Shown one piece after another: positions 49,528 through 62,133 of a stretch of DNA of 64,000 nucleotides. The number at the start of each line of letters is the position of its first letter. Position 1 is the first letter of the stretch. The translations under genes were made by a program, and so were the position numbers. Origin of the DNA: Macrostomum lignano (taxonomy: Eukaryota); the NCBI GenBank assembly GCA_002269645.1, contig NIVC01000092.1, positions 434,001 through 498,000 on the forward strand. The letters are read 5' to 3'. The notes under the pieces were generated by a model, which was not told the DNA's origin, did not search any database, and saw nothing but the letters and a program-made list of their open reading frames with translations.

Positions 49528-51376
49528 TTTTAGTGAGCAGTTGATTGACAGGAATTGGAGCAGATATGCAAGCTTAAAGAATTGGAGAAGCGCAGCTCAC
49601 ATCAGAGCGGAAAAAGCAGCCACCTCTACTCGTCCCGACCGCAGCCACCCAAGCAGCCCAGCTCCAGACCAGCCGGCCTCAATGCCCAAAAAGGACAATA
49701 ACGAAGCTGAAGTTTGAGGGCCGAGCTAGCAGCATGCGAACGCGTGGCACAGAAGAGACTCGCAGCAAATGCTTTGGGGAGGGGGTTCAAAGCATCCATT
49801 GCTTTGCATTGTGCCTCACACTCACAATAGGGCTTTTAGAGGCCATTGTGTTTAAAAGTCTTTCTGTCATGTAAGCAGAAGATAATAGGAAAATGAAACC
49901 TTGTTATACTGCTGTTGAGAATTGAAGGATTCTATAGTCCCAGATAGAATAGATATAAAATATATAGAGCCCTCAGATTTCGCATTTTGCTGCCGCTTCG
50001 GCGACACTAAGCTCTCTTGCGTAGCCTCTCTGCAATAATATTTTACACAAGCCAAACTTATTTTCATTCTCTTCTGGATGAGACTGGGTGAGAGAGTAAA
50101 AAAGAAGGTAGAAGGCGCGAGAGAGAACCAGGCTTAATGAGAGAATCGATCGACTCAAGATTAAAATTTCGATTATTGAAATTGGCTGTTAATGGCCACG
50201 CCCAGATCCTGAGCACCTACAAGTGCACCATACTGGACCCAAGCCCAAATGCATAGGGTGTACATGCCTGTCGATTAGAAAGTTCAGGGCACCCTGTGTG
50301 AGCGTGTGTATGAGTGAGTGCCTGCTTACAGTATTGAGATGTTTGCATGTGCTCAGGAGTCAACGGAATGGGCAGAATCGCCGTCAGCGCTGGCTGAGGC
50401 ACGATGTCGCAGAAGGCGTTGCGCCCGGGTGCGTGCAGCCCTCGTGCGAATATTTATTAACTTAAGAGTCTGCAGATGCATTTCATCATCTCTAATTTTG
50501 ATGGGTAACGCGTTTTATAGAAACCCCAGCTTCTTAAATTTGTCCTGTAGACACTGCATCTAAAGAAGAGCAGCTGCAGGATTATCGCGCTGCGAGTGCT
50601 AAGAGAAAACTGCTTTGAGTTCGCCAACAAACCCAACACTGGTCTCTTGAATCACCCAACCGCGCGCTGTGCCTCAGAGACAATAAAACCGTGAGTCTGG
50701 CTAGATTGAAACTCTAATCCAGCTCACTACTCAAACAGCATTCAAAGCATTCAATCAAACAGCAAGACCGAGCACAGCATTGTTCATTGTCCCCGGCAAC
50801 CGCAGAGGCTGCTCAACGCTCGCCTGTAGACTGCAGAAAGGCTGGCAGAACGAAGTGCAGGCCTGAGAATAGCAATAATTAGCTACTGCTTGAGGTTGAG
50901 CCGGCCTCTCTAAACACGCTCCCTACGGCGAGTTCAGCACATTTTTTTTTCTTTGGCAAAGCAAACAGTAATTAAACCATTCTATCACATTACTAAATAG
51001 ACGAACTCAAACAATGCACTATTTCAATAAATCCGGGCAAAAGGCATTGCTTGACAACTAATTCAACTACAATGACTGCTATTGTTATTTATTATTTAAA
51101 TTCTTAATAAAAAACTGAAAGTAAAATAGGCTTATGAGCTAAAGCTCTCGGAGATTTCGACTTTGTCAGTATATTGAAAATCGTATTGAATAGCTGATAT
51201 CCTGCACTCCTAGTCATTCTTCGATAGACTTGAGAGCAAATTTTGGTAAATGATTTTGTTTACCTGTAGTGCACTCTGGGCATTCGTGTTAATTCTCGGC
51301 ACTTAAAAATCAAGTACAAAAATTTAAGATAAAAAAAAATAAATTACCTGCTCGCAAGTAAGAGAACTTTCGTTTT

Positions 51377-54300
51377 TTACACAAAATTACTGTGGTTATT
51401 TGCTTGATATTTTCGAAGTCTCGTCATCAGCCAATCGAGAAGATTTGCTCTCTTCATCTCCAGCTTCTTAAATATTTCCAGAAACTGCTCCGGACTCGAA
51501 GAATAAAAAACGGCAACCAGCAGCTCCTGCTCATCTGAGTCCTCTCTCTCAACCACATCCCGGATCCAGTCCTGAGCGCGAGCTTCTCGATCAGTCCGCA
51601 GCTCGAGCCGCAGAGCCCACAGCAGAGCGTCAAAATTAATGTAGAAATAGTTACTGCCTGACAACCGGAGGGGAAAGCACGTCCTCAGAGCTCCTGCCAA
51701 GAATTCGAGTTTCGGTCGCTGGTCAAACCGATAGCAGAACTTCCACGCTGAGTCGCGGCTCCTCAGATGCCGCATCACGAACTCCTCAGTCGCTTCAGTC
51801 GCCGACTTCTCACGAGACCAAGCGATGCCTCTGCTCACCGAGTGACTTGAGCACAAGCTCACGACTCTCTCTGCAGTTCCTCGTTCGCCGAACTTCAGAC
51901 AAGCCAGCGCTCTAAGAGCCTCCCGTGCTGAGAGGGCGCAGTCTGGCAGCCTGGCAATCAGCTTTGTGAGCGACTCCTGAGATCGCGGGCTGCAGTCACT
52001 GCAAGAGAGACGCACCAGACACTCTCTCACCACGTCGTAGATCTGATAGTACTCGAGAGCACTGGACTTCGTCAGGGGCAGCGGACTCATATTCGGCAGG
52101 ATTTGGAACGGGTGGAAGTAGAATGTGCCTGAGTCGCTCACAGGTCTGAGACTGCCGATGAACTGCTGCAGCAGTTGGGGCAGCTGATCGATTACTGTTC
52201 TCAGTTTGCTCATGATGCCGTCCGAATGCTGCTCCACTCTCTCCTTGTCCGCACCCTTGAGGTAGATGGCCGCATCGCTGAGAAAGAAATGATCCATGAT
52301 GCGACCCCGAGATCGGTCAGGTGTGTCAGGTGTTTGTCTGTCCTGCTCTCGGCTCTTCTCCACACAGTCGAGCAGCATCTGCAGCGACTGTCTCGTGAGA
52401 CTCACGAGGTTCTCCTTCTTCCACTGCTCGACCGGCGTCTCGTCCACCATTCGGAAGGTGATGGTCTTCACGTGGTAGGACTTCAAGCCTTGCTGATTGA
52501 AGCCATCCTTGTCACAGATGACCTTCTTGACCAGGTACTTGAGTGTGACGAACAGCTGACCTTGCAGGGTAGAGAGACTTCGCAGCATCCGGTTCTCCAG
52601 AAAGCTGGTGCTCACGCGGAGCTCTTCGCCTTCCCTGTCTGGAGAGGCTGCGTGCACCACGTGGCAGGGCGATGAGGCAGAGGTGAGCACCTTCCGGAGG
52701 GCCTCTAAGACGGGATGGGGGATGTTGGAGACGCGGTTTGGCAGCAGCGGCGCGATGGGCGGGTAGCGGCAGAGACGGCATGCGGAGACATTGTCCAGTG
52801 CTGGCCTCAGTGTGAATCCGGGTGTTGCAAAAGCAGGATTGGAGGCTGTAAAAACGAATCGGTTACAAATACATTTAATACACCGTTTTTTTATGGCCAT
52901 GTCCATCGTCTACGTGAGATGAGACATGGCCATAGACTATGGAATTTAATACATGATTATATCGTGTTACAATGGTCGGTTGGCAATTATGGTATGAGCG
53001 TAGTGTGCTTCGCCACTCATAAAAATTAATCATTGTCTACCTACATATTGACATATTGTCTCATGAATGTATTTATAGTAGCCTTAAATAATGACTTCGA
53101 AGCGTTGAATAATGAGCGTACAGCATGGGACCATGCATATAGCGATAATTTCTTCACCAATGCTTTGCACACAGAAAGAAAACGTCTACACTGCCAGAAT
53201 CTCTCGAAATCACAACAGAACTAACAGAACACTCCCCAAAAGAGAACTCACCGAATCCTGAGCACTGAATGTGCCCGTTCACCAACTCATGCTGCTCCGG
53301 AGCTCCATCGCACTCGCACAGGCCTCTCTGGTGGTATTCTCGACCGGGAATCAACTGCATCACATCAATGTCGGAATTGGGGTCAGTTCTGCCGTCCAGT
53401 GTCGTCAGGCTGTTGCCCCAGCCTTCTGAGTAGCTGCCGACGACAAAAAATAAGTCATCATTGTTTGGTCCACTTCTTATAATCTGCTGCAGGGCATCAG
53501 CAGCTGCGCTCTGCAATGCGGCTCGGGATTCGGTGAAGCCTGACTGCTCCAGTGCTGAGTGCAGCTGCTCGCTCAGCTCTGATTCGATCAGACTGCATCT
53601 TAAATGTCAGTTGTTTTGTAAAAACATGCACTTTTAGAAGGGTTAATTGACTTATTTATGTAGCTTAGGGTAGCACTCCAGCAACAGTGCATGAACTGAT
53701 TGTAAGCAGTTTGTCCACAATGCTGTACGATAGCTAACGCAAAATTCTCTGAATTATGTGAGTAGTTTGAAAAGAAAGGGTTGACGCAGGGATGAAAATT
53801 TTAGATTCAGAGCCCTGGAGGTGCGGCAGGCCGGAGGTGGGTGCATAGGGTGAGCGTCAGCATTTTGCAAGCTTTCACATTCCACTATTCGCATACTGCT
53901 CCTACTTTTAAATTGCCTCTTTCAATTAAAACACGTAAAAAACTAAACGAAAAAAGTTACGAGTCGTAGCAAGAATCAAGCCAAAAATAAAAAGAAAAAA
54001 TCTCATGATTTAAACTCACCGAAATTCTGATTCCTTCGATGGTTCTTCCAAAACAGATGTTTTTTCAGCTACCCCCTGACTAGCAATTTGTTGAAGATTG
54101 ACGTCAGCTAGTGCTTTGATAAGTAAGCTTACAACTTGGTGGTGACCATTCTGTGATGCAATGTAGAGAGGTGAAAAACCATGAACATTTACTGGAAGAT
54201 TGACGTCAGCTTGTGCTTTGATGAGTGAGCTCACAACTTGGTGGTAACCAAACTTTGATGCAACGTAGAGAGGGGACTCGCCACTGTTTCGTTGAAGGTT

Positions 54301-56961
54301 GACGTCAGCTTGTGCTTTGATGAGTGAGCTCACAACCTGGTGGTGACCATTCTGTGATGCAATGTAAAGAGGTGAAGAGCCATGAACATTTTCTTGAAGA
54401 TTGATGTCAGCTTGTGCTTTGATGAGTGAGCTCACAACCTGGTGGTGACCATTCTGTGATGCAATCCAGAGAGATGAAGAGCCATGAAGATTTTGTTGAA
54501 GATTGACGTCAGCTTGTGCTTTGATGAGTGAACTAACAACTTGGTGGTGACCTTTACATGATGCCATGTAGAGAGGTGACTCGCCAGTGTTTCGTTGAAA
54601 ATTGACGTCAGCTTGCGCTTTGATGAGTGAGCTCACAACTTGGTGTTGGCCATTCTGTGATGCAGCGTTGAGAGGTGAGTCGCCAGTGTTTCGTTGAAGA
54701 TTGACGTCAGCTTGTGCTTTAATAAGTATGCTTACAACTTGGTGTTGACCATTCTGTGATGCCATGTAGAGAGGTGAAGAGCCATGAACATTTTCTTGAA
54801 GATTAACGTCTGCTCGGGCTTTGATAAGCGTGCTCATAACTTGGTGGTGACCATTCTGTGATGCAATGTAGAGAGGTGACTCGCCAGTGTTTCGTTGAAG
54901 ATTGACATCAGCTTGTGCTTTGATGAGTAAGCTCACAACTTGGTGGTGACCAAAATGTGATGCAATGTAGAGAGGTGACTCGCCATGAACATTTTCTTGA
55001 AGATTGACGTCAGCTTGTGCTTTGATGAGTGAGCTCACAATCTGGTGGTGACCATTATGTGATGCAATGTAGAGAGGTGAAGAGCCATGAAGATTTTGTT
55101 GAAGATCGACGTGAGCTTGTGCTTTGATGAGTGAGCTTACAACTTGGTAGTGACCATTCTGTGATGCAATCCAGAGAGGTGAAGAACCACAAACATTTTC
55201 TTGAAGGTTGACGTCGGCTTGTGCTTCGATGAGTGAGCTCACAACCTGGTGGTGACTATTCTGTGATGCAATATAGAGAGGTGAAGAGGCATGAACGTTT
55301 TGAAGATTGACGTCAGCTTGTGCTCTGATGAGTGAGCTCACAACTTGGTGGTGACCAAAATGTGATGCAATGTAGAGAGGTGACTCGCCAGTGTTTCGTT
55401 TAAGATTGACGTCAGCTTGTGCTTTGATAAGTGTGCTCACAACTTGGTGGTGACCATTCTGTGATGCAATGTAGAGAGGTGACTCGCCAGTGTTTACTTG
55501 AAGATTGACGTAGGCTTGTGCTTTGATGAGTGAGCTCACAAATTGGTATTGGCCATTATGTGATGCCATGTAGAGAGGTGAGCAGCCATCGACTTCTTGA
55601 AGATTGACGTCAGCTTGTGCTTTGATAAGTGTGCTCACAACTTGGTGGTGACCATTCTGTGATGCAATGTAGAGAGGTGACTCGCCAGAGTTTTCTTGAA
55701 GATTGACGTCAGCTTGTGCTTTGATGAGTAAGCTCACAACTTGGTGATGACCATTTTGTGATGCAATGTAGAGAGGTGAAGAGCCATGAACATTTTCTTG
55801 AAGATTGACGTCAGCTTGTGCTTTGATGAGTGCGCGTACAACTTGGTGGTGACCAAAATGTGATGCAACGTAGAGAGGTGACTCGCCAGTGTTTCGTTGA
55901 AAATTGACGTCAACTTGTGCTTCGATGAGTGAGCTTACAACTTGATGGTGACCATTTTGTGATGCAATGTAGAGAGGTGAAGAGCCATGAACATTTTCTT
56001 GAAGATTGACGTCAGCTTGTGCTTTGATGAGTGAGCTCACAACTTGGTGGTGACCATTTTGTGATGCAATGTAGAGAGGTGAAGAGCCATGAACATTTTC
56101 TTGAAGATTTACGTCAGCTTGTGCTTTTATGAGTAAGCTCACAACCTGGTGGTGACCATACTGTGATGCAGTATATAGAGGTGACTCGCCAGTGTTTCTT
56201 TGAAGATTGACGTCAGCTTGTGCTTTGATGAGTGCGCGTATAACTTGGTGACCATTCTGTGATGCAATGTAGAGAGGTGACTCGCCAGTGTTTCGTTGAA
56301 GATTGACGTCAACTTGTGCTTCGATGAGTAAGCTCACAACTTGATGGTGACCATTTTGTGATGCAATGTAGAGAGGTGAAGAGCCATGAACATTTTCTTG
56401 AAGATTGACGTCGGCTTGTGCTTTGATGAGTGAGCTCACAACTTGGTGGTGACCATTTTGTGATGCCATGTAGAGAGGTGAGCAGCCATCGACTTCTTGA
56501 AGATTGACGTCAGCTTGTGCTTTGATGAGTGAGCTCACAACCTGGTGGTGACCATACTGTGATGCAGTATATAGAGGTGACTCGCCAGTGTTTCGTTGAA
56601 GATTGACGTCAGCTTGTGCTTTGATGAGTGCGCGTACAACTTGGTGGTGACCAAAATGTGATGCAATGTAGAGAGGTGACTCGCCAGTGTTTTGTTGAAG
56701 ATTGACGTCAGCTCGGGTTTGAATGAACAATTTGACAATTTTGACTTTGCCCATTTCACATGCAAAGTGAAGCGGTGAGAATGTCATCTCATTGATGCTG
56801 AACAGCCTATTAACGTTAGAAGGATTCTGTAGGTATCGCAAATTTTTTCTTGTGTTTCCGAACCGAATGTCTCTCAGGATCTCCGGTTCAGTTTCATCAA
56901 GGCCGAAGTTCTGCATCAAAACTGCTGCAATCGCTGTTAAGATTCTCCAAAGAGCTTCCAT
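51377..56961 (-). CDS. Ankyrin-repeat / Mab-21 (cGAS-like receptor, cGLR) fusion protein, ~1583 aa. Exons 54020-56961, 53252-53592, 51377-52845
   Basis: Exon 1 holds 27 ANK repeats and ends TTT CG|GTGAGT. Exon 2 starts after ctgac...atgcag|T CTG ATC (phase 2 matches), encodes GSYSEG...SDID and ends TTC G|GTGAG. Exon 3 starts ttacag|CC TCC (phase 1 matches) and encodes LDNVSA, CHVV..LRVSTSFLE..LKY...LKSYHVKT...W...DHFF. Confidence 0.85.
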
Positions 56962-57519
56962 TTCGGCTCGGTATCGGTGCTGTGGAATGCGGAGAGCGCC
57001 GCATTCTGCTGCAACTCGTATTTACCTATTTTAGCTCATTCGCGTCACAATTGTCTGCAATTGTCTACCATTGGCGGCGCTGCCACCGTCCAATTGAAAG
57101 TAATGAGGTTTTGGCGCAGTTACAGAATTTTTAGGAGGAGGGCTGTTCCTTAATGAGCTGCTGCACATCATTTTAATGACGCTGGTTTACTGCAATGTGA
57201 ATGTCTGTTAAGTGCCACTTTCATTTGGCCAGAAAACGAGTATTTTTTTCTGATGAGCAGTTTTTTAGAAGCTAGCTATGAATATTAACAAAAGAGAGCG
57301 ACTTCCGATACTTCCGAAGCACGCTTCCGATTCTGTGTAAATGTCTGTCTAAATGTGTTTAGGCAAAATTGTATGTTAAACACGCTGGAAGGAGCCAAAC
57401 AAAGCAAAGCAGTTGCGAAAAAGCAGGCCGCGGCCGAGAAAGCGGATCCCAACCCTAATGAAGGGAAGGGGAAGGACAAAAAGCATGGAAAGCAGAGTTA
57501 AGTGGATGCAGCCTGCAGC

Positions 57520-57900
57520 TGCGAAGCCATGAAAGAAGTGAAGCGTCGCTGGCGGCGCGACAGCGAAGAGCTGGCAGAAAAGTAGCGGAGAACAGCGTCT
57601 GATCTCCAGCAGCCAAGGGCCCGAATGTCCGATTCTGACAAGCCGATTTGATGGCACGCCGGATGCTGTAGCTGGAGAAACCCGCAGCTGGAATGCCGCA
57701 CGTTGATGAAACTACCTTGCTGAGAGCTCGCCTCCGCGGCGTAGCCAAAGAGCGGCGTCCTTGAGTCCCTGGCTGGTGACAGGTGCAGGTGTCACAATCT
57801 AGTGCAGAGCGGTGACTCTTCGAACAGGTGGCAGAAGGACGACATGCGGCATCGACCCGAACTGGTTGGCCTTTTGAAGGACCAGCTTCCAGCAGCCAGA
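57520..57900 (-). mobile_element. Degenerate tyrosine-recombinase fragment of a DIRS/Ngaro-like (or Crypton-like) element; GC-rich relic spans about 57250-58390
   Basis: Across frameshifts: VTAL, TPLF, FSSYSIRRA (HSxR motif region) and GLSESDIRALGCWRSDAVLRYF (LGRW.S....Y motif). Confidence 0.75.
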
Positions 57901-58964
57901 TGAAGCCGACAGGCAGGCCTGCGAGACAGAGCGGCTGCCGCGAGCCTACAGGAAGTCGACGTTTGGCGCCGCGGAGGGCCAGCTGCACAAAGTCTTTCGC
58001 TGGGTCGGGGGCGCCGGTGGATTGGTGCAGAAACGAGACGGCGTGGACGTAGGATCATGGTGCGCGTGTAGCGGCAGAGCAGGTCACCGTCAGCTGGAGA
58101 TGAAGGGGGCGGCCTGTGCTAACACAGAAGGCTTCCTAGGAGCGCAGCTGGCTGAAGCAGGATCGCCAGTTCGCCGCCAGGCCGAGGCGGCACAGGTGTC
58201 CGACGGACACCGCACGGGGGGCGGGCGGCGTCCCCGGAGGGCGAGGACGATCTTGCAAAAGGAGGCAAAATCAAGAAGCAGCAGAGAGCTCAAGCAGGTA
58301 AATCAGTAATCACGAGCATACGAATCTTGAACTGACGACGGTCGATGATCCTGGGGTCCAGCAGCTTTCAAAAGTTAAAAAAATATGAAGTATTTAGGTC
58401 TAAATCAGTCAATCGTCCATGACACCTTGTCTTTTGGACGAATGGGTGGCCTATCTTGTCTCATGCTGTTTGTCTGTTAAATTAAAATCTATTGGTTTGA
58501 AATCGACAGCGCATGACCAAGACCGTCACTGCTCTTACTTGGCTTAAATTGAGAAGAAAATATATAAACCATTCTTTCGATATTGCTATTGGAATGGGTC
58601 AAGGGTAGTATATGGGGTAGGTGAGCAGGAAATAGTCCCCCAATCTGGGTCACAGTTAAATGGTGCGCCGAAATGTGTCGCCGAAATGACTGTCGCCGAA
58701 GTGACTGTCGCCGAAGTGACTTGTCGCCGAAGTGATTTGTAATTCTGTACATACTGTACATGAAGCCCGATTTACTTGTATATCTGATCCTTTTTGGTCT
58801 ACCAGCTCCCCATAGGCGTAGGAACGGGGGGGGGGGACAGTGGGGCCATGGCCCCCCACTTTTTAAAATGGGGGGGGGCAGTAATGTTATCTGGCCCCTC
58901 CACAATTTAAATGTAAAATGTAGACTTCTTGCTTATTTTTGGTTTTTGCTGCTTTTGCATGAAG

Positions 58965-59120
58965 AATGCGTTTTGCTGCAGGGCGACAAAAACGAGCGCC
59001 TGCAGCGCCAAAATGAGTGCCTGCGGCGCTAAAATTGGTGCCTGCGGCGCGAAAATGAGTTCCTGCGGCGCTAAAATGAGTTCCTGCGGCGCTAAAATGA
59101 GTGCAACCTGCGGCGCTACA
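58965..59120. repeat. 21-bp repeat (cctgcggcgctaaaatgagt-like)
   Basis: Seen directly. Confidence 0.8.
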
Positions 59121-59511
59121 AATGTGTGCCTGCCGCACTTTATAAAATGAGTGCTGACAAGATGGATTCTGAAAATAATGAGCTAACGTACCATGCAAGT
59201 CTCAGGATATTTTTCCGCAAATTATCGCGGTGGAGGCAGTGACCTACTAAAAGTAACACATCTGGGAATTCTACTAAGTAAATTCTTAGTTTTTTCTTAG
59301 GCTTACGAGTAATCCTGTCTGGCCGGCATTTAAAAGAAAATGAAACTCGACCACTCCGCCACAACCACAGCTACCCTCACACTGAGCTTGAGGAAGTCAG
59401 CAGCCCGAGCTCCCACTGCACCAACAGTTTGTTCTAATCGACTTTGACTCCCGGAAATTCAGGCACTGATTCAAACGCAAGCAGAGAATAATTTTAATTT
59501 TTCCTCACTGG

Positions 59512-60013
59512 GGGCCTTTTCATATTGCTTGTTCTGGTTCCAGAACCAGAACCAATTTGTGAAGTATAACTTTTTGTCTCCATAATTAGAGGGAGATACG
59601 TGCTATAAAGTTTTTATTATTGAATGACAATCGCCAAGAAGAAAGTAAAAAATCGTGCAAAGTGAGGCTGTTAAGGCAGTCAAATATTAACAGAGTTTAA
59701 TAGTTATACTGCTGTTTTTCTTGGAATTCCGAACCGATTCTGGTCCAGGCCCAGGGCCTTTTTATATTACCAATTCCAGAACCAGAATCGGTTCGGAATT
59801 CCAAGAAAAACAGAAGTATAACTATTAAACTCTGTTAATATTTGACTGCCTTAACAACCTAACTTAGCACAAATTTTCATTTTCTTCTTGGCGATTGTCA
59901 TTGAATAATAAAAACGTTATAGCACGTATCTCCCTCTAGTTATGGAGACAAAAAGTTATACTTCACAAATTGGTTCTGGTTCTGGAACCAGAGCAACCAA
60001 TATGAAAAGGCCC
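59512..60013. mobile_element. Foldback MITE with ~230-bp inverted arms and GGGCC termini
   Basis: gggccttttcatatt...aatatgaaaaggccc; the arms are reverse-complementary. Flanks show only a tentative actg duplication. Confidence 0.8.
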
Positions 60014-60392
60014 ACTGTCAGTCTCAGAGTCAATTATCCTTCCAACAACCTCTAAGCCCTCCTATATAGTTATATGCTTTTATGATTTATATTTTCATAA
60101 TGCCAAAAACCAAAATCCATTTATTATTTTTATCATGTTTTCATAAAGCCATGTACAATCATATATTCATATTATATTATTGAATATTGTTTTAAAATTA
60201 AAGCATTAATTTTCAACCTTTTTTCAGGCAACCCTGATTTATTCAATTGCATCATTTTTAATACTTGTAGCACCTTTTATTATCAATATAATGCATCATT
60301 AAGTTTTTGTTTATTATTTATTGGTGTTGCGACCCAAAAATGGTCACACAACCCCACTGATGGTTGCAACCCACAGGTTGACTGGTTGAGAA

Positions 60393-60706
60393 GGCAATGG
60401 CTAGAGTTCCGGCACTGGAACCTATTTTCTAATGGCTATGGATCTGGCTGTGCCATTATATTTATAATATAGTTAGGAAATTATATTTTCCTTTCTACAG
60501 GTGGGTGGCTGATATTGACTAATTGAGATTTTGTTCTAGATAAGATTCAGGATAATATGATAAGATTCAAAATGAGATACTTCTAATGTTCAGTTTAGAC
60601 TTAAGAGATGTTCTTACTAGTCTTTTTATATGCTTCTATAATATGGCACTGCTGGATCCATAGCTGTTAGAAAATGGGTTCCAATGCTGGAACTCTAGCC
60701 ATTACC
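60393..60706. mobile_element. MITE-like inverted repeat (~70-bp arms)
   Basis: ggcaatggctagagttcc...ggaactctagccattacc; a 12-bp direct repeat actggttgagaa lies nearby on both sides. Confidence 0.62.
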
Positions 60707-62133
60707 CATTACTGGTTGAGAACTAGTTTCAAAGTATAGATAGGGCCTAAAAAGAAGAAAATCAGTAAAACTGAAATAGACTAATATTATTAATTCTATC
60801 TATACAACTATAGTATAGATATGACATTGAATCTGATGGTTTGGAGAAAAAATGTATAATTATATAAATTATAGATTAAATTGAATAGGCCTAATAATAG
60901 TGTAAGTTGTTAGTTATAATATGGAATAGTTGTATTATGTTAAAGCATTTTAGTGATTTCATTATACAAGAATAATGAATTGTTTTTTCTAATCTAAGCC
61001 TAAGCCCTAAGGCATAATGTAGGCTTAATATTTTATTTACTATTAATACAAATTAGCAAAGCAAAAATGCAAATTAAGAATAATTAATTAATTATTATTA
61101 TATAAAGTTAAAACTTAGTAAATAATAGTAATGAGCATTGGTTATGTAATATTTCTTACCAATAAAAATTTGGGGCTTACTTACAAGCCCTATAGTAAAT
61201 AAAATCTTGTTAGGGCCTATAAATATAATATAAAATAAATTTAAGTTATGTAACCTTTAATTTTTGCTTTGAAATATAATTTCTTTCTAAAGTAATAGGT
61301 GGTATATAGCCCCCCACTCCCAAATTTTACATAGGCCTATATACTAAAAAAATTCTAGTATACAACAGGCCCAAAAAATGGTTGGCATAATGTATCTGAT
61401 ATATGGAATAATCTACCAGAAAATTGTACCACAGAGCCGCCTCTATAGCTGTTAGTATTGGTGTACAAATGACCAAATGTCATAATGTAAAAAAGGGTTT
61501 TGTAGTGTTGCAATACAAAAAAGGTCCTTTAATGTTGCAATGCAAAAAAGGTCCTTTATTGTCATATCTTTTTTTGATATTGTCTGACATATATTCTAGA
61601 TCATGACTAAGTTTGTTTTTTGGCATACATTTGAATTTTTAGTGAAGGGGGTTATTTTTTCTAGCATACCATTATATAATAGATTTGAGGATATAGATAT
61701 AGCCATAGGCGTAGCACTAACTATGGCATAGTAGATCTATAACAACTATAAATAAAAAAAATTAATATTAGTAAATATAGTGTAGAAATATATTACTAAT
61801 ATTATTAGGCCTAAGAATATTCCTAAATAAGAAAAACTATACTAATAATATTGTGCCACCAGTGATGATGCTAATAATGAGGCATTGTGCATAGATATAG
61901 AAGAAATGTACAACTTAGAAAGGTTTACTAAGTCATTTTAACATTTAATTCTATTTTATATTATAGCCTATTTTGTATTAAAATTTTTAAATGTAAATAG
62001 AATATACATCTCAAAAAGTAAATTTGTTTTGTTTTTTTATTCCAACTTTTATTAGGATTGAATAATTAAATATAGAAGTTCTACATAGCTAATTTATATG
62101 CAAATTTATCTTTGTTTAAAGCTATAGAATAAT

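Noticed and set aside
54016-56961. Calling the ankyrin ORF a stand-alone or endosymbiont-derived ANK gene
   Set aside because: Its end contains a canonical GTGAGT donor in phase with the downstream NTase exon, and the context is spliced eukaryotic DNA.
58655-58915. gtcgccgaa repeats and a cataggcgtagg...ggggccatggcccc end suggestive of MITE termini
   Set aside because: No partner terminus or TSD could be identified.
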